Shown here: one piece after another, positions 9,852 through 20,004 of the stretch
Layout: every line of letters starts with the position of its first letter
Position numbering within the stretch: the first letter of the stretch is position 1
Assembly: GCA_902795215.1 (NCBI GenBank)
Contig: CADBKG010000002.1
Location: 2,318 to 66,317 of the forward strand
From: an uncultured Erysipelotrichaceae bacterium
GTDB lineage: Bacteria; Bacillota_I; Bacilli_A; RF39; UBA660
Direction of reading: 5' to 3'
Length of the DNA: 64,000 nucleotides
Position numbers and translations under genes: made by a program
Notes under the pieces: generated by a model
What the model was told of the DNA's origin: nothing
What the model saw: the letters and a program-made list of their open reading frames with translations, nothing else
The model's database searches: none

Positions 9852-10325
9852 ATGGAAAAATATAGAATTAGTTCAAAAACACTTGCAGTATTACCGATTT
9901 CTAAAAATAGAACAAAGGTATATGAAAACGATGATATTATTATTGTGGACCAAAATGTTCAAAAAATAATAGAAGAAAATTGTTCATATTATGGTAGTTC
10001 ATATAATTTAAGAAAAGAATATACTGAAAAACTAATAGGAGTAACACACAAATCACCAATTATTATTGAAGATGCATCAAATATTATATTTTTCCCTACA
10101 AGTAGTCCTAGATTAAGAGAATGTGGGTGGATATCACTTAATAATCTTGAATCTAATAAGCAAGTAGGGGACTTTAGTCAGATTACTTTCTTTAATAATT
10201 TAAAGGTTAATCTTAATGTTTCTAATAGGATTATTAGTAATCAAATACTTAGATCAACAAGATTAGAATCAATCGCTAGAAAAAGACAGTTAGAATTAAC
10301 AAAGAATTTGAGTAAAAACCTTTAA
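9852..10325 (+). CDS. comK: competence transcription factor ComK family protein
   Basis: IIEENCSYYGSSYNLRKE, THKSPII, IIFFPTSSPR...CGWI pattern of the ComK family; start ATG 9852 after GGAGGTGA. Confidence 0.85.
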   Translation: MEKYRISSKTLAVLPISKNRTKVYENDDIIIVDQNVQKIIEENCSYYGSSYNLRKEYTEKLIGVTHKSPIIIEDASNIIFFPTSSPRLRECGWISLNNLESNKQVGDFSQITFFNNLKVNLNVSNRIISNQILRSTRLESIARKRQLELTKNLSKNL

Positions 10326-10352
10326 TAATAGCTTATTTTGTGATATAATTAA

Positions 10353-10384
10353 TACTAGGTATAGAGGTACGACTATACCTAGTA
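10353..10384. repeat. perfect 12-bp inverted repeat just downstream of the recF promoter -10
   Basis: TACTAGGTATAG-aggtacga-CTATACCTAGTA; TG-A-TATAAT immediately upstream. Confidence 0.8.
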
Positions 10385-10415
10385 AATTTATTTTAGGAGA
10401 TTTTAGAGGGCAATT

Positions 10416-11513
10416 ATGAAAATCACAAACTTAAAATTATATAATTTTAGAAATTATGAATTTTTAAATATAGACTTTTCAAATAAACAAAATATCATAA
10501 TTGGTCCAAATGGAAGTGGTAAGACAAATATAGTTGAAGCTATATATGTTCTTGCTATGACCAAATCCTATAGGGGAACTCTTGATAAAGTTTTAATCAG
10601 AAACAATGAAAGTATTATGAGTATAGAGGGGGTAATTAAAGATAAAGTTACTCATAAATATAAAATTAATATTTCTGAAAATGGGAAAATAGTTAAAATA
10701 AATAATAATAAGATTTCTAAACTAAGTGATTATATTTCTAAAATTAACGTTGTAATGTTTACTCCTGAAGACGTTAACATAATTAAGGATTCACCAAAAT
10801 CTAGGAGAAAAATGTTAAATATAGAAATATCACAGTTAAATACTGAATATTTGCACTTACTAAATGAATATAACCAGGTTTTAAAGCAAAGAAACGCTTT
10901 TTTAAAACTAATGTATGTTAATAATTTAGCAAGTCCAGATTATTTATGGATTTTAACTGATAAACTAATTAATCTTGGTCTTAAAATTTCTAATATTAGA
11001 AGAGATTATATCAATGATATTAATAAATATTATGATGATATTAATTATAAGATAACAAGAAAAAAAGGTTTAAAAGTACTTTATGTTAGTTCTTTTAAAA
11101 ATAAAACGCAGGAAGAACTAAAAGAAAAGTATAAAGCTAGTTTAGAAAAGGACTTAGCTATTGGAAAAACTAGTTTTGGAGTGCATCATGATGATTTATT
11201 ATTTTCTCTTGAAGGAAAATCGCTTAAGGATTATGGTTCAGAGGGAGAACAAAAAAACGCCATAGTGTGCTTTAAATTAGCCGAGATTGAGATTTTTATC
11301 AAAGATAAGGGAATTTATCCAATTTTGATTTTAGACGATTTATTTAGCGAATTAGACGCCAAAAAAATCAATAATATCCTAAAGAAGGTAAATAAGAATC
11401 TCCAAATATTTATAACTACAACTGATTTAAAAAATATAAATACTAAAATATTAACTAATTGTAGTGTGTATGAATTAAAAAATAAGAAAGTGGTGAAGAG
11501 AGTATATGAATGA
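10416..11513 (+). CDS. recF: DNA replication/repair protein RecF
   Basis: [34 protein letters not shown]. Confidence 0.97.
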   Translation: MKITNLKLYNFRNYEFLNIDFSNKQNIIIGPNGSGKTNIVEAIYVLAMTKSYRGTLDKVLIRNNESIMSIEGVIKDKVTHKYKINISENGKIVKINNNKISKLSDYISKINVVMFTPEDVNIIKDSPKSRRKMLNIEISQLNTEYLHLLNEYNQVLKQRNAFLKLMYVNNLASPDYLWILTDKLINLGLKISNIRRDYINDINKYYDDINYKITRKKGLKVLYVSSFKNKTQEELKEKYKASLEKDLAIGKTSFGVHHDDLLFSLEGKSLKDYGSEGEQKNAIVCFKLAEIEIFIKDKGIYPILILDDLFSELDAKKINNILKKVNKNLQIFITTTDLKNINTKILTNCSVYELKNKKVVKRVYE

Positions 11514-13440
11514 AACTAAAGTTGAAAAAGAATATACTGATAGTGATATTCAAGTGTTAGAAGGCCTTGAAGCAGTAAGAAAAAGACCAGGAATGTATAT
11601 CGGAACAACTAGTGAAAGAGGATTACATCATTTAGTTTGGGAAATTGTTGATAACTCTGTTGATGAAGCTTTAGCAGGATATTGTGATGATATTTACGTA
11701 ACTATCGAAAAAGATAATAGTATTACTGTATCAGATGATGGTAGAGGTATGCCAACAGGTAAAAACGAAAAAACTGGACTTTCTACAATAGAAACTATAT
11801 TTACTGTGCTTCATGCCGGAGGAAAATTTGGTGGAGGCGGATATAAAGTCTCTGGAGGATTACACGGAGTAGGTGCAAGTGTTGTTAATGCATTATCTAC
11901 TTGGCTTGAAGTATATGTTTATCAAAAAGGTAAAGTATATTATCAAAGATTTGAAAATGGTGGAAAACCTGTAAGTGAATTAAAGATAGTAGGGGACTGT
12001 GAAGAAAATAGAACAGGTACAACTGTTAAATTTAAACCAGATCCTGAAATCTTTACTGAAACTACAGAATATAAATATGATATTTTATATCAAAGATTAC
12101 AAGAAATCTGTTTTTTGAATAAAGGGCTTAGAATAGTTTTAACTGATGCTAGGGTAGATGGAGAAACAAAAACAGATGAATTCTTGTATGAAGGTGGTAT
12201 TATTGAATATGTTAAGATGCTTAACGAAAATAAAACACCAATTCATGATGATATTTGCTATTTTGAGGGACAAGAAGATGGTATTTCTATAGAAGTAGCA
12301 ATGCAATATAATACAACATTTAGTCCATCAATTTATTCATTTACAAATAATATTAATACTCATGAAGGTGGAACTCATGAAGATGGAGTTAAAAGAGCAT
12401 TAACAAGAGTAATTAACAATTATGCTAGAAATAAAAATATATTAAAAGAAAAAGATTCAGCATTATCAGGTGATGATGTAAGAGAAGGTTTATCAATGAT
12501 AATTTCTTGTAAGCATCCTAATCCTCAGTTTGAAGGACAAACAAAGACTAAACTTGGAAATGCAGAAGTAAGAAAAATAGCAGATAATATTTTTGCAGAA
12601 GGATTTGAAAGATATTTAATGGAAAATCCAAGTGATGCTAGAATAATTGTTGAAAAAGCAATGACAGCTTCACATGCAAGACTTGCAGCAAAAAAAGCAA
12701 GAGAAAGTGTTATTAAGCATAGCGAGAATGAAATTGCAGCTTTTGGTGGTAAATTAAATGATTGTAAGTCAAAAGATCCAAAAGAAAGAGAAATCTTCAT
12801 AGTCGAGGGTGACTCTGCCGGAGGAAGTGCCGTTAAGGGAAGAAATAGTATGACTCAAGCAATATTGCCACTTAGAGGAAAAATACTTAATGTAGAAAAA
12901 GCAAGACTTGATAAAGCATTATCAAATGATGAAATAAAATCTATTATTACTGCTTTTGGAACAAGTATTGGAGAAACATTTGATTTAAGTAAGTTAAGAT
13001 ACGATAAAATTATAATCATGACCGATGCCGATGTAGATGGTGACCACATTAGAGTACTACTTTTAACATTGTTCTATAGATTCTTTAGACCAATCGTTGA
13101 AGCAGGGCATGTTTATGCTGCACAACCGCCATTATTTTGTATAAAACACGGTCAAAAGATTAAATACGTATTAGACGAAGAAGAAAGAGATAAATATTTA
13201 TCTTCACTTGACCCAAAAACAAAAATTGTAGTAACTCGTATGAAAGGTCTTGGCGAAATGGATGCTGAGGAATTAAACGAAACTACAATGGATATAAATA
13301 CAAGAGTATTAAGGAAAATAACGGTAGAAGACTTACAAGAAGCGGATTCTACATTTAATATGTTAATGGGAGAAGAAGTTGCACCTAGAAGAGAGTTTAT
13401 CGAAACAAACGCTCAATATGTAACTGATCTTGATATATAG
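11506..13440 (+). CDS. gyrB: DNA gyrase subunit B
   Basis: [33 protein letters not shown]. Confidence 0.98.
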   Translation: MNETKVEKEYTDSDIQVLEGLEAVRKRPGMYIGTTSERGLHHLVWEIVDNSVDEALAGYCDDIYVTIEKDNSITVSDDGRGMPTGKNEKTGLSTIETIFTVLHAGGKFGGGGYKVSGGLHGVGASVVNALSTWLEVYVYQKGKVYYQRFENGGKPVSELKIVGDCEENRTGTTVKFKPDPEIFTETTEYKYDILYQRLQEICFLNKGLRIVLTDARVDGETKTDEFLYEGGIIEYVKMLNENKTPIHDDICYFEGQEDGISIEVAMQYNTTFSPSIYSFTNNINTHEGGTHEDGVKRALTRVINNYARNKNILKEKDSALSGDDVREGLSMIISCKHPNPQFEGQTKTKLGNAEVRKIADNIFAEGFERYLMENPSDARIIVEKAMTASHARLAAKKARESVIKHSENEIAAFGGKLNDCKSKDPKEREIFIVEGDSAGGSAVKGRNSMTQAILPLRGKILNVEKARLDKALSNDEIKSIITAFGTSIGETFDLSKLRYDKIIIMTDADVDGDHIRVLLLTLFYRFFRPIVEAGHVYAAQPPLFCIKHGQKIKYVLDEEERDKYLSSLDPKTKIVVTRMKGLGEMDAEELNETTMDINTRVLRKITVEDLQEADSTFNMLMGEEVAPRREFIETNAQYVTDLDI

Positions 13441-13449
13441 GAGGTTTAT

Positions 13450-15993
13450 ATGGATATCGAAGAAGAAAACAATTTAGAAGAAAACGAATCATTTGATGAA
13501 GCAGCAGATAGAAAACAAGAAAATAACATAGTTAATGAAATAAGCAAATCCTTTTTAAGATATTCAATGAGTGTTATAACTTCTAGAGCTATTCCTGATT
13601 TAAGAGATGGTTTAAAACCTGTTCAAAGAAGAATACTTTTCGACATGTATAAGGAAGGTATAACTCCTGATAAACAACATAAAAAATCCGCAACAACTGT
13701 TGGGTCTGTTATGGGTCTTTACCATCCGCATGGGGATTCATCAATATATGAAGCTATGGTACGTATGGCACAAGATTTTAATTATCGTTATATGCTTATA
13801 GATGGCCATGGTAACTTTGGTAACGTTGAATCTTCAAGACCAGCAGCAATGCGTTATACAGAATCAAGATTATCTAAAATTTCTCTTGAAATGTTAAGAG
13901 ATTTGAACAAAGATACTGTTGATATGATGCCTAACTATTCTGAAGATAAAATGGAACCAGTTACGCTTCCATCTAGATTTCCAAACATTTTAGTTAATGG
14001 AACTATGGGTATCGCAGTAGGTATGGCTACAAATATTCCGCCACATAACTTAACAGAAGTAATTAATGGATGTATTGCTTATATTGACAATCCTGAAATA
14101 GATACTGCAGGACTAATGGAATACGTAAAAGGTCCAGATTTCCCTTTAGGTGGTATAATTTTAGGTAATAAAGGCATAAAAGATGCTTATGAAACTGGAA
14201 GAGGCAGTCTTACAATACGAAGTAATGCTGTTATAGAAGAAAAGGGCGGTAGAAACTATATAGTAGTTGATCAAATCCCTTATGGAGTTAATACTTCTGA
14301 ATTAAAACAAAAAGTAGCAGATTTAGTTAAGAACAAAATAATAGAAGGTATTGCGGATTATCATACAGATTTAAAACATGGAGTTAAAATAACAATTACA
14401 CTTAAAAAAGATGCTAATCCTCAAGTTGTATTAAATCAATTATATAAACATACGGATTTTCAAACAAAATTTGGTATTATATTTTTAATGCTTGATAATG
14501 GAGTTCCTAGAACTCTAGGTTTAAGGGATATTATTGAAAAATATATAATGTACCAAAAGGAAGTAATTGTAAGAAGAACAAAATACGATTTAAAAGTTGC
14601 AGAAGATAGAGTTCATATATTAAAGGGCCTATTAATCGCTGTTGATAACATTGATGAAGTTGTTAAAATCATTAGAGGCGCAGAAACTAGTGAAGAAGCA
14701 CTTGAAAAACTAACTAAACGCTTTGGATTAGATGAAATTCAAGGAAATGCAATTCTAGAAATGCGTTTAAGAAAATTAACAGGCTTAGAAAGAGAAAAGA
14801 TTGAAAAAGAGACTGAAGAACTACTAAAATTAATTGAAGAATTAAAAGCAATTTTAGCTAGTGATGAAAAAATATATGAAGTTATTAAGAATGAATTAAT
14901 TGAAATTAGAGATAAATATGGTGATGAAAGACGTACTCATATCGATATGACTGCTATTGATTATATCGAAGATGAATCTTTAATTCCAGATGAAAATAGT
15001 ATCATTACATTAACAGAAAAAGGATATATTAAACGTTTATCTGTAGATACTTATAAAGTTCAAAACCGTGGAGGTAAGGGAATTAAAGGAATGAGTACTA
15101 ATGAAGAAGATAATGTTAAAATTATGCTTAATATAATGACTCATGACGATATATTATTCTTTACTAATAAAGGAAAAGTATACAGAATTAAAGGATATGA
15201 AATACCTGAGTTTAGTAGACAAGCGAAAGGATTACCTATTATTAATCTTCTAAATATTGAAAAAGATGAACAAGTAAGTTCACTAATAAAGATAACTAAG
15301 GATGAAATTGAAGATGTAAAATATTTATTCTTTGCTACTAAAGACGGTGTAGTTAAGAGGACAAGTCTAGAAGAGTTTAAAAACATTAGACAAACAGGTA
15401 AAATAACAATTACATTGAAAGAAAATGATGAATTAATCGCAGTTAGAAAAACAACAGGCCAAAACAAGATATTACTCGGATCTACAAATGGACATGCTGT
15501 ATTATTTGATGAAAATGAAGTTAGAGTAATGGGAAGAACTGCATCTGGTGTAAGAGGAATTAATATGCCTGATGGCAAATGTATTTGTTGTGAAGTATGT
15601 ACTTTAGATTCTAATTTACTTATTGTTAGTGAAAAAGGGTATGGTAAGCGTACTTTTGTTAAAGAGTTTAGAGAAACTAAACGTGGAAGCAAAGGAGTTA
15701 AAGCTATTAATATAACAGAAAAGAATGGTAAGATTGCTGCAATTAATCTAGTAAGTGATGAAAATGATGCAATTATTATTACTGATTCTGGCATGGTTAT
15801 AAGAATTGGTGTTGAAACTGTATCTCAATTAAGTAGAAATACTCAAGGAGTAAGACTTATTAATCTTAAAGATGAACAATTAGTAACTTCAGTAAGTATT
15901 GTTGATAAATCTGAAGAGGATGAAGAAACTGACGAAGAAAGCAAAGAAACAGCTGAAGAAACTAATAGTGAACAAAAAAACGAAGAGAATTAA
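13450..15993 (+). CDS. gyrA: DNA gyrase subunit A
   Basis: [26 protein letters not shown], GyrA box QNRGGKG, acidic tail. Confidence 0.98.
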   Translation: MDIEEENNLEENESFDEAADRKQENNIVNEISKSFLRYSMSVITSRAIPDLRDGLKPVQRRILFDMYKEGITPDKQHKKSATTVGSVMGLYHPHGDSSIYEAMVRMAQDFNYRYMLIDGHGNFGNVESSRPAAMRYTESRLSKISLEMLRDLNKDTVDMMPNYSEDKMEPVTLPSRFPNILVNGTMGIAVGMATNIPPHNLTEVINGCIAYIDNPEIDTAGLMEYVKGPDFPLGGIILGNKGIKDAYETGRGSLTIRSNAVIEEKGGRNYIVVDQIPYGVNTSELKQKVADLVKNKIIEGIADYHTDLKHGVKITITLKKDANPQVVLNQLYKHTDFQTKFGIIFLMLDNGVPRTLGLRDIIEKYIMYQKEVIVRRTKYDLKVAEDRVHILKGLLIAVDNIDEVVKIIRGAETSEEALEKLTKRFGLDEIQGNAILEMRLRKLTGLEREKIEKETEELLKLIEELKAILASDEKIYEVIKNELIEIRDKYGDERRTHIDMTAIDYIEDESLIPDENSIITLTEKGYIKRLSVDTYKVQNRGGKGIKGMSTNEEDNVKIMLNIMTHDDILFFTNKGKVYRIKGYEIPEFSRQAKGLPIINLLNIEKDEQVSSLIKITKDEIEDVKYLFFATKDGVVKRTSLEEFKNIRQTGKITITLKENDELIAVRKTTGQNKILLGSTNGHAVLFDENEVRVMGRTASGVRGINMPDGKCICCEVCTLDSNLLIVSEKGYGKRTFVKEFRETKRGSKGVKAINITEKNGKIAAINLVSDENDAIIITDSGMVIRIGVETVSQLSRNTQGVRLINLKDEQLVTSVSIVDKSEEDEETDEESKETAEETNSEQKNEEN

Positions 15994-16011
15994 AATATTC
16001 TCTCTTTTTTT
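15985..16011 (+). terminator. intrinsic terminator after gyrA
   Basis: AGAGAAT-taaaat-ATTCTCT followed by a T-tract. Confidence 0.65.
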
Positions 16012-16020
16012 ACTCAAAAA

Positions 16021-16078
16021 TATTTCCCGGGAAATATTTTAGGGGTACCCCCTCCTTGTGAAACCAGGTACAACCACG
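16021..16078. repeat. composite repeat copy A: Noc-box palindrome + GGGGTACCCC palindrome + conserved tail
   Basis: TATTTCCCGGGAAATA 16021-16036; GGGGTACCCC 16042-16051; tail gaaaccaggtacaacc. Confidence 0.88.
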
Positions 16079-16120
16079 ATTTAGAGCTTTTAAAACACAT
16101 ATTTTTAGTTAAAATGTAAT

Positions 16121-16177
16121 TATTTCCCGGGAAATAATCCAGGGGTACCCCCTAGCTGGAACACTAGGTGCAACCGT
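16121..16177. repeat. composite repeat copy B
   Basis: TATTTCCCGGGAAATA 16121-16136; GGGGTACCCC 16142-16151; tail ctagctggaacactaggtgcaacc. Confidence 0.88.
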
Positions 16178-16219
16178 AATTTGTGCAAAAAATGATTTTT
16201 TGAAAAATTTATTTTTTGA

Positions 16220-16235
16220 TATTTCCCAGGAAATA
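16220..16235. promoter_or_regulatory. Noc-box-like palindrome (one mismatch), 8 bp from parS
   Basis: TATTTCCCAGGAAATA. Confidence 0.7.
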
Positions 16236-16243
16236 AAAAACTA

Positions 16244-16259
16244 TGTTTCACGTGAAACA
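16244..16259. promoter_or_regulatory. parS site 1
   Basis: TGTTTCACGTGAAACA, perfect ParB/Spo0J consensus palindrome. Confidence 0.95.
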
Positions 16260-16317
16260 TTTAGTCAAAAATCTAGTTATTAATATTATAAACTCAAATG
16301 ACAAATATACTTGAAAT

Positions 16318-16424
16318 AAAAAAATGCACCCATCTAGTAGATAGGTGCAACAGAAGGGCAAGATTTCAACTTGCATCTCTTATATTATTATAAGTGTTTT
16401 CACTCGTAAACTACTCTCCTGTGC
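16318..16424 (-). ncRNA. putative orphan sRNA / micro-ORF transcript (about 107 nt; encodes MKTLIII at 16403-16380)
   Basis: extended -10 TGCTATAAT (16438-16430), start near G16424, multibranched fold, terminator TGCACC...GGTGCA plus T-tract ending near 16318. Confidence 0.55.
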
Positions 16425-16498
16425 AAGTTATTATAGCATATATTTTCTTTTTATTAAAACAAATAATATAAAATATATGTTTATTTATAAAATTATGA

Positions 16499-16514
16499 TG
16501 TTTCACGTGAAACA
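16499..16514. promoter_or_regulatory. parS site 2
   Basis: TGTTTCACGTGAAACA. Confidence 0.95.
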
Positions 16515-16695
16515 TCTATAGTGGTATTTAACTACCTGCTAAAAACTGTAATTATACTGCAAAATATCAAATAACAAGATGATTGTTAATTGCTATTAGT
16601 GTAATAAAATAATGGGCAATATTGTAAATGGTCATGTTTAAAAAGTTTAAATTATTATATATGTTTATTATATTATGGTTTTTTGTTAAAATTTA

Positions 16696-16711
16696 TGTTT
16701 CACGTGAAACA
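16696..16711. promoter_or_regulatory. parS site 3
   Basis: TGTTTCACGTGAAACA; the palindrome extends to TTTATG...CATAAA. Confidence 0.95.
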
Positions 16712-16773
16712 TAAAAAAAGAAATTAAATATGCAAAAATTTAATTTTTGAAAAAAACGTTTTTTGTATATAAT

Positions 16774-16830
16774 TATTTCCCGGGAAATAATCCGGGGGGT
16801 ACCCCCTAGCTAGAACACTAATTACAACCG
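16774..16830. repeat. composite repeat copy D
   Basis: TATTTCCCGGGAAATA 16774-16789; GGGGGGTACCCCC 16794-16806; tail ctagctagaacactaattacaacc. Confidence 0.88.
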
Positions 16831-16943
16831 TTATACTATTAAAATTTTGTGATTATATTATTGATATATCCCTATAAATACATTGTGATATATACTAAAA
16901 AAAAGTTGCAAAAATTTGTTTTTTGAAATTGATGCATTATATG

Positions 16944-16972
16944 TTGATAAAATAAATGTAGTTTGATATAAT
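16944..16972 (+). promoter_or_regulatory. sigmaA-type promoter of ffs
   Basis: TTGATA-17 bp-TATAAT. Confidence 0.75.
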
Positions 16973-16978
16973 TAAAAA

Positions 16979-17049
16979 GCACAACGGGCGATTATTGAAA
17001 CTGGTCAGGACTGGAAGGTAGCAGCCATAAAATTTGAACTCGTGTGTGC
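16979..17049 (+). ncRNA. ffs: signal recognition particle RNA (small 4.5S type, about 71 nt)
   Basis: domain IV motif GGTCAGG-ACT-GGAA-GGT-AGCAGCC; closing stem GCAC/GTGC and ACGGG/CTCGT; T-tract after; next to tadA-dnaX as in Bacillus. Confidence 0.9.
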
Positions 17050-17068
17050 TTTTTTGTTGGAGGGAAAT

Positions 17069-17503
17069 ATGGAAGAAAAAATACTAAAAAAACTATTTCA
17101 GTTAGCTAACAAATCATATAATAAAAAAGAATTTCCGGTTGGAGCAATTATATTTGACGACAACTTCAATATTATAAGCACTGGATATAATAGAAGGAAT
17201 AAGAGTAATATAACTATTGATCATGCTGAAATAACTGCGATTACAAAAGCTAACAAAAGACTCAATTCATGGAGGTTAAATGATCTATGTATGATAGTTA
17301 CCCTTGAACCTTGTGATATGTGCAAAACAGTTATTAAAGAAGCAAGATTAAAAGAAATATATTATATTGTTCCAAGATTAAAATACAAAAAACAATATAA
17401 AAATATAATTATCAAACAATACAAGATAAAAAGCGATAAAATCAATAAACAAATAGAAGAATATAGTCAAAAAATATCTACTTTTTTTAATGAGAAACGC
17501 TAG
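17069..17503 (+). CDS. tadA: tRNA adenosine(34) deaminase TadA
   Basis: EFPVGAII, HAE...TLEPCDMC zinc motif; start ATG 17069 after GGAGG. Confidence 0.9.
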   Translation: MEEKILKKLFQLANKSYNKKEFPVGAIIFDDNFNIISTGYNRRNKSNITIDHAEITAITKANKRLNSWRLNDLCMIVTLEPCDMCKTVIKEARLKEIYYIVPRLKYKKQYKNIIIKQYKIKSDKINKQIEEYSQKISTFFNEKR

Positions 17504-17547
17504 CTATTAAGGGCTTAATTTGCTATAATATTTATGGAGATGGTTAT

Positions 17548-19059
17548 ATGGCATACAAAGTTTTATACAGAAAATATAGGCCGAGTACTTTTTCGGAAAT
17601 AGTAGGGCAAGAAGTAATTGTTAAAACTCTACAAAACAGCATAATTAACGATAAAATTTCCCATGCCTATTTGTTTACAGGGCCACGTGGAACTGGAAAA
17701 ACATCAACAGCTAAAGTGCTAGCAAAAGTGCTTAATTGTCAAAATATAAAAAATGGTGAAGCCTGCGGTAAATGTGATTCTTGTAAAAATTTTAATTCTT
17801 CGCCAGATATTTTGGAAATCGATGCGGCATCTAATAATGGCGTTGAAGAAATAAGAGAGTTAAGAAATAATATATCTCTCGCACCATCTGTTTCAAAATA
17901 CAAAGTATATATTATTGATGAAGTACATATGTTATCAAGTGGCGCTTTTAATGCTTTACTCAAAACGTTAGAAGAACCTCCTGAACATGCAATATTTATA
18001 CTTGCAACTACGGAAGTATATAAGGTTCCAATTACTATTTTATCTAGATGTCAACGATTTGATTTTAAGAAAATTACAGAAGAAGATATGTCTTCCCATC
18101 TTAAAGAAATATGTAAAAAAGAAAAGATTGATTGCAATGATGATGTGATTAAAGAAATATATAATTTGAGTGATGGCTGTATGAGAGATGCCTTAAGTAT
18201 ACTTGATCAAAACTCAAAATTAGATGGTAAAGTAACTATTGATGAACTCGAAAATAATTATGAAATTGTTACCAGAAAATCAATTGATGAGCTCTTAGAT
18301 TCAATTAAAACTGCAAATGTTAAAAAAACTGTTGAAATTATAGATACATACGCTAATAATGGAATGAATTCACAGAAACTTATAAAAGGAATTATAAGGT
18401 ATTTAAACCAAATAGCAGTGGATTGCAAACTACATAAAATAAATAATTATGATTTTAATAAAATAAAAAAAATTATAATGAAATTAAATGATTGCTATAT
18501 TGATGCTAGAATTAATGACAACGTTTTTGACATCATTAAGCTTTCTTTCTTGGAAGAAATGGATGAAATATCAGTTAGTTCTTCGGAAGAAAAAGTATTA
18601 CCTAAAGAAAATGAAGAAAAGCCAAAAGACAAAAGTTTAATTGACATAAGAATAAATAACTGTTTTAGCTCTGCAAATAAAGAATCCTTGACAAAGATTA
18701 AAGAAATATGGGATGAAGCAAAAAAACAAAGGATTAATAATATAAATTTAAGTGATTATTCACCAATTGCAGCTTCTGATACTAATATAATATTTACATC
18801 AGAAGACGAATCTCTAGCTAACTTAATGAATGTTAATGCAACATCTGTTGAAAAGGTTGTTAAAAAACTCGGTTTTCCAGCTAAGGTGGTAGGTATTTCA
18901 TCTAAAAAATGGGATGAATTAAAAAAAGAATTTATATTAAATAAACAAAAAGGAATAAAATATGAATATATTGAAGAACCGAAAAAAACTGATAAAGGAA
19001 ACAAAATAAAAGAAGAAGTTAATCAAATATTTGAAAGTGAAATTGTTGAAATTTCATAA
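17548..19059 (+). CDS. dnaX: DNA polymerase III subunit gamma/tau
   Basis: YRKYRP, GPRGTGKTS, IDEVHML, ILSRCQRF. Confidence 0.97.
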   Translation: MAYKVLYRKYRPSTFSEIVGQEVIVKTLQNSIINDKISHAYLFTGPRGTGKTSTAKVLAKVLNCQNIKNGEACGKCDSCKNFNSSPDILEIDAASNNGVEEIRELRNNISLAPSVSKYKVYIIDEVHMLSSGAFNALLKTLEEPPEHAIFILATTEVYKVPITILSRCQRFDFKKITEEDMSSHLKEICKKEKIDCNDDVIKEIYNLSDGCMRDALSILDQNSKLDGKVTIDELENNYEIVTRKSIDELLDSIKTANVKKTVEIIDTYANNGMNSQKLIKGIIRYLNQIAVDCKLHKINNYDFNKIKKIIMKLNDCYIDARINDNVFDIIKLSFLEEMDEISVSSSEEKVLPKENEEKPKDKSLIDIRINNCFSSANKESLTKIKEIWDEAKKQRINNINLSDYSPIAASDTNIIFTSEDESLANLMNVNATSVEKVVKKLGFPAKVVGISSKKWDELKKEFILNKQKGIKYEYIEEPKKTDKGNKIKEEVNQIFESEIVEIS

Positions 19060-19078
19060 AAGGAAAGGATGATAAATT

Positions 19079-19375
19079 ATGAATATGCAAAATTTAATGG
19101 CTCAAGCACAGAGAATGCAAAAAGATATAACAAAAAAACAAGAGGAGATATATAAAAAAACATTTGTTGGTAAATCTGAATGGATTGAAATTACGATGAA
19201 TGGAAAAAAAGAAATTATTGATTTAAAAATTAAATATGAAGGCGATCTTAATGAAGATAAAGATATGCTACAAGATATGTTATTACTTGCTATGAAGGAT
19301 GCTACTTCACAAATTGAAAAAGAAGTTGAATCTAGTCTTGGCATGTATGGTAATATGCTTGGTGGTTTAATGTAA
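19079..19375 (+). CDS. nucleoid-associated protein YbaB/EbfC (YaaK)
   Basis: MNMQNLMAQAQRMQ N-terminus, DMLQDMLLLA; between dnaX and recR. Confidence 0.9.
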   Translation: MNMQNLMAQAQRMQKDITKKQEEIYKKTFVGKSEWIEITMNGKKEIIDLKIKYEGDLNEDKDMLQDMLLLAMKDATSQIEKEVESSLGMYGNMLGGLM

Positions 19376-19977
19376 TGAATATTTATCCAGAACTTTTAAA
19401 AACTTTAATAGAATACTTTAGAAAATTACCGGGAATAGGTGAAAAAACAGCCGAGAGATATGCTCTTGCTTTAATTGATTTAGATGAAGATGACTTAGAA
19501 TCTTTTGCTAGTTCTATTAATCAAATAAAAAAAGAACTAAAGACATGTGAAATATGTGGTCATTTAACGGATAAAAGGAAATGCTATATTTGCGATGACG
19601 AAACTAGAAATCAAAATTTAATATGCGTTGTAGAAGATTATAAAAGTGTTTTTATGTTTGAAAAAACCGCTAAGTTTAATGGAGTATATCATGTTTTAAA
19701 TGGTTTGATTTCCCCAATTGATGGTGTTAATCCAGACGATTTAAATATCAATTCACTAGTTAAAAGATGTGATAAACTAGAAAATGCAGAATTGATACTT
19801 GCTCTAAAGCCAAATATTGAAGGAGATACAACTACTTTATATATTAAAAAAATACTAGAGGATAAAGATATTAAAATAACTAGACTATCAAACGGTATAC
19901 CTATGGGCGCTGATATTGAATATATTGATATTCTAACTCTAGAACGAGCATTAAGTGATAGAAAAGAAATTGTATAA
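19375..19977 (+). CDS. recR: recombination mediator RecR
   Basis: LPGIGEKTAER, CxxC...CxxC zinc finger, Toprim YHVLNGLISP. Confidence 0.97.
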   Translation: MNIYPELLKTLIEYFRKLPGIGEKTAERYALALIDLDEDDLESFASSINQIKKELKTCEICGHLTDKRKCYICDDETRNQNLICVVEDYKSVFMFEKTAKFNGVYHVLNGLISPIDGVNPDDLNINSLVKRCDKLENAELILALKPNIEGDTTTLYIKKILEDKDIKITRLSNGIPMGADIEYIDILTLERALSDRKEIV

Positions 19978-20004
19978 TTTAAAGTTTTAAACATATAGTT
20001 TAAC

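Noticed and set aside
13639-13645. Isolated 0A-box matches inside gyrA, crp, the NERD gene and uvrA
   Set aside because: 7-mers within coding sequence, not clustered or promoter-associated
16567-16635. 22-aa hydrophobic ORF on the minus strand (MTIYNIAHYFITLIAINNHLVI) as a type I toxin
   Set aside because: No SD upstream and no clear promoter or terminator; such ORFs are common by chance in AT-rich DNA
16021-16830. CRISPR array interpretation of the palindromic repeats
   Set aside because: Units are irregularly spaced, interleaved with parS, recur in distant intergenic and coding positions, and there are no cas genes; the repeat matches the Noc box
15994-16980. rRNA operon expected after gyrA (as in B. 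subtilis)
   Set aside because: No 16S, 23S, 5S or tRNA sequence is present
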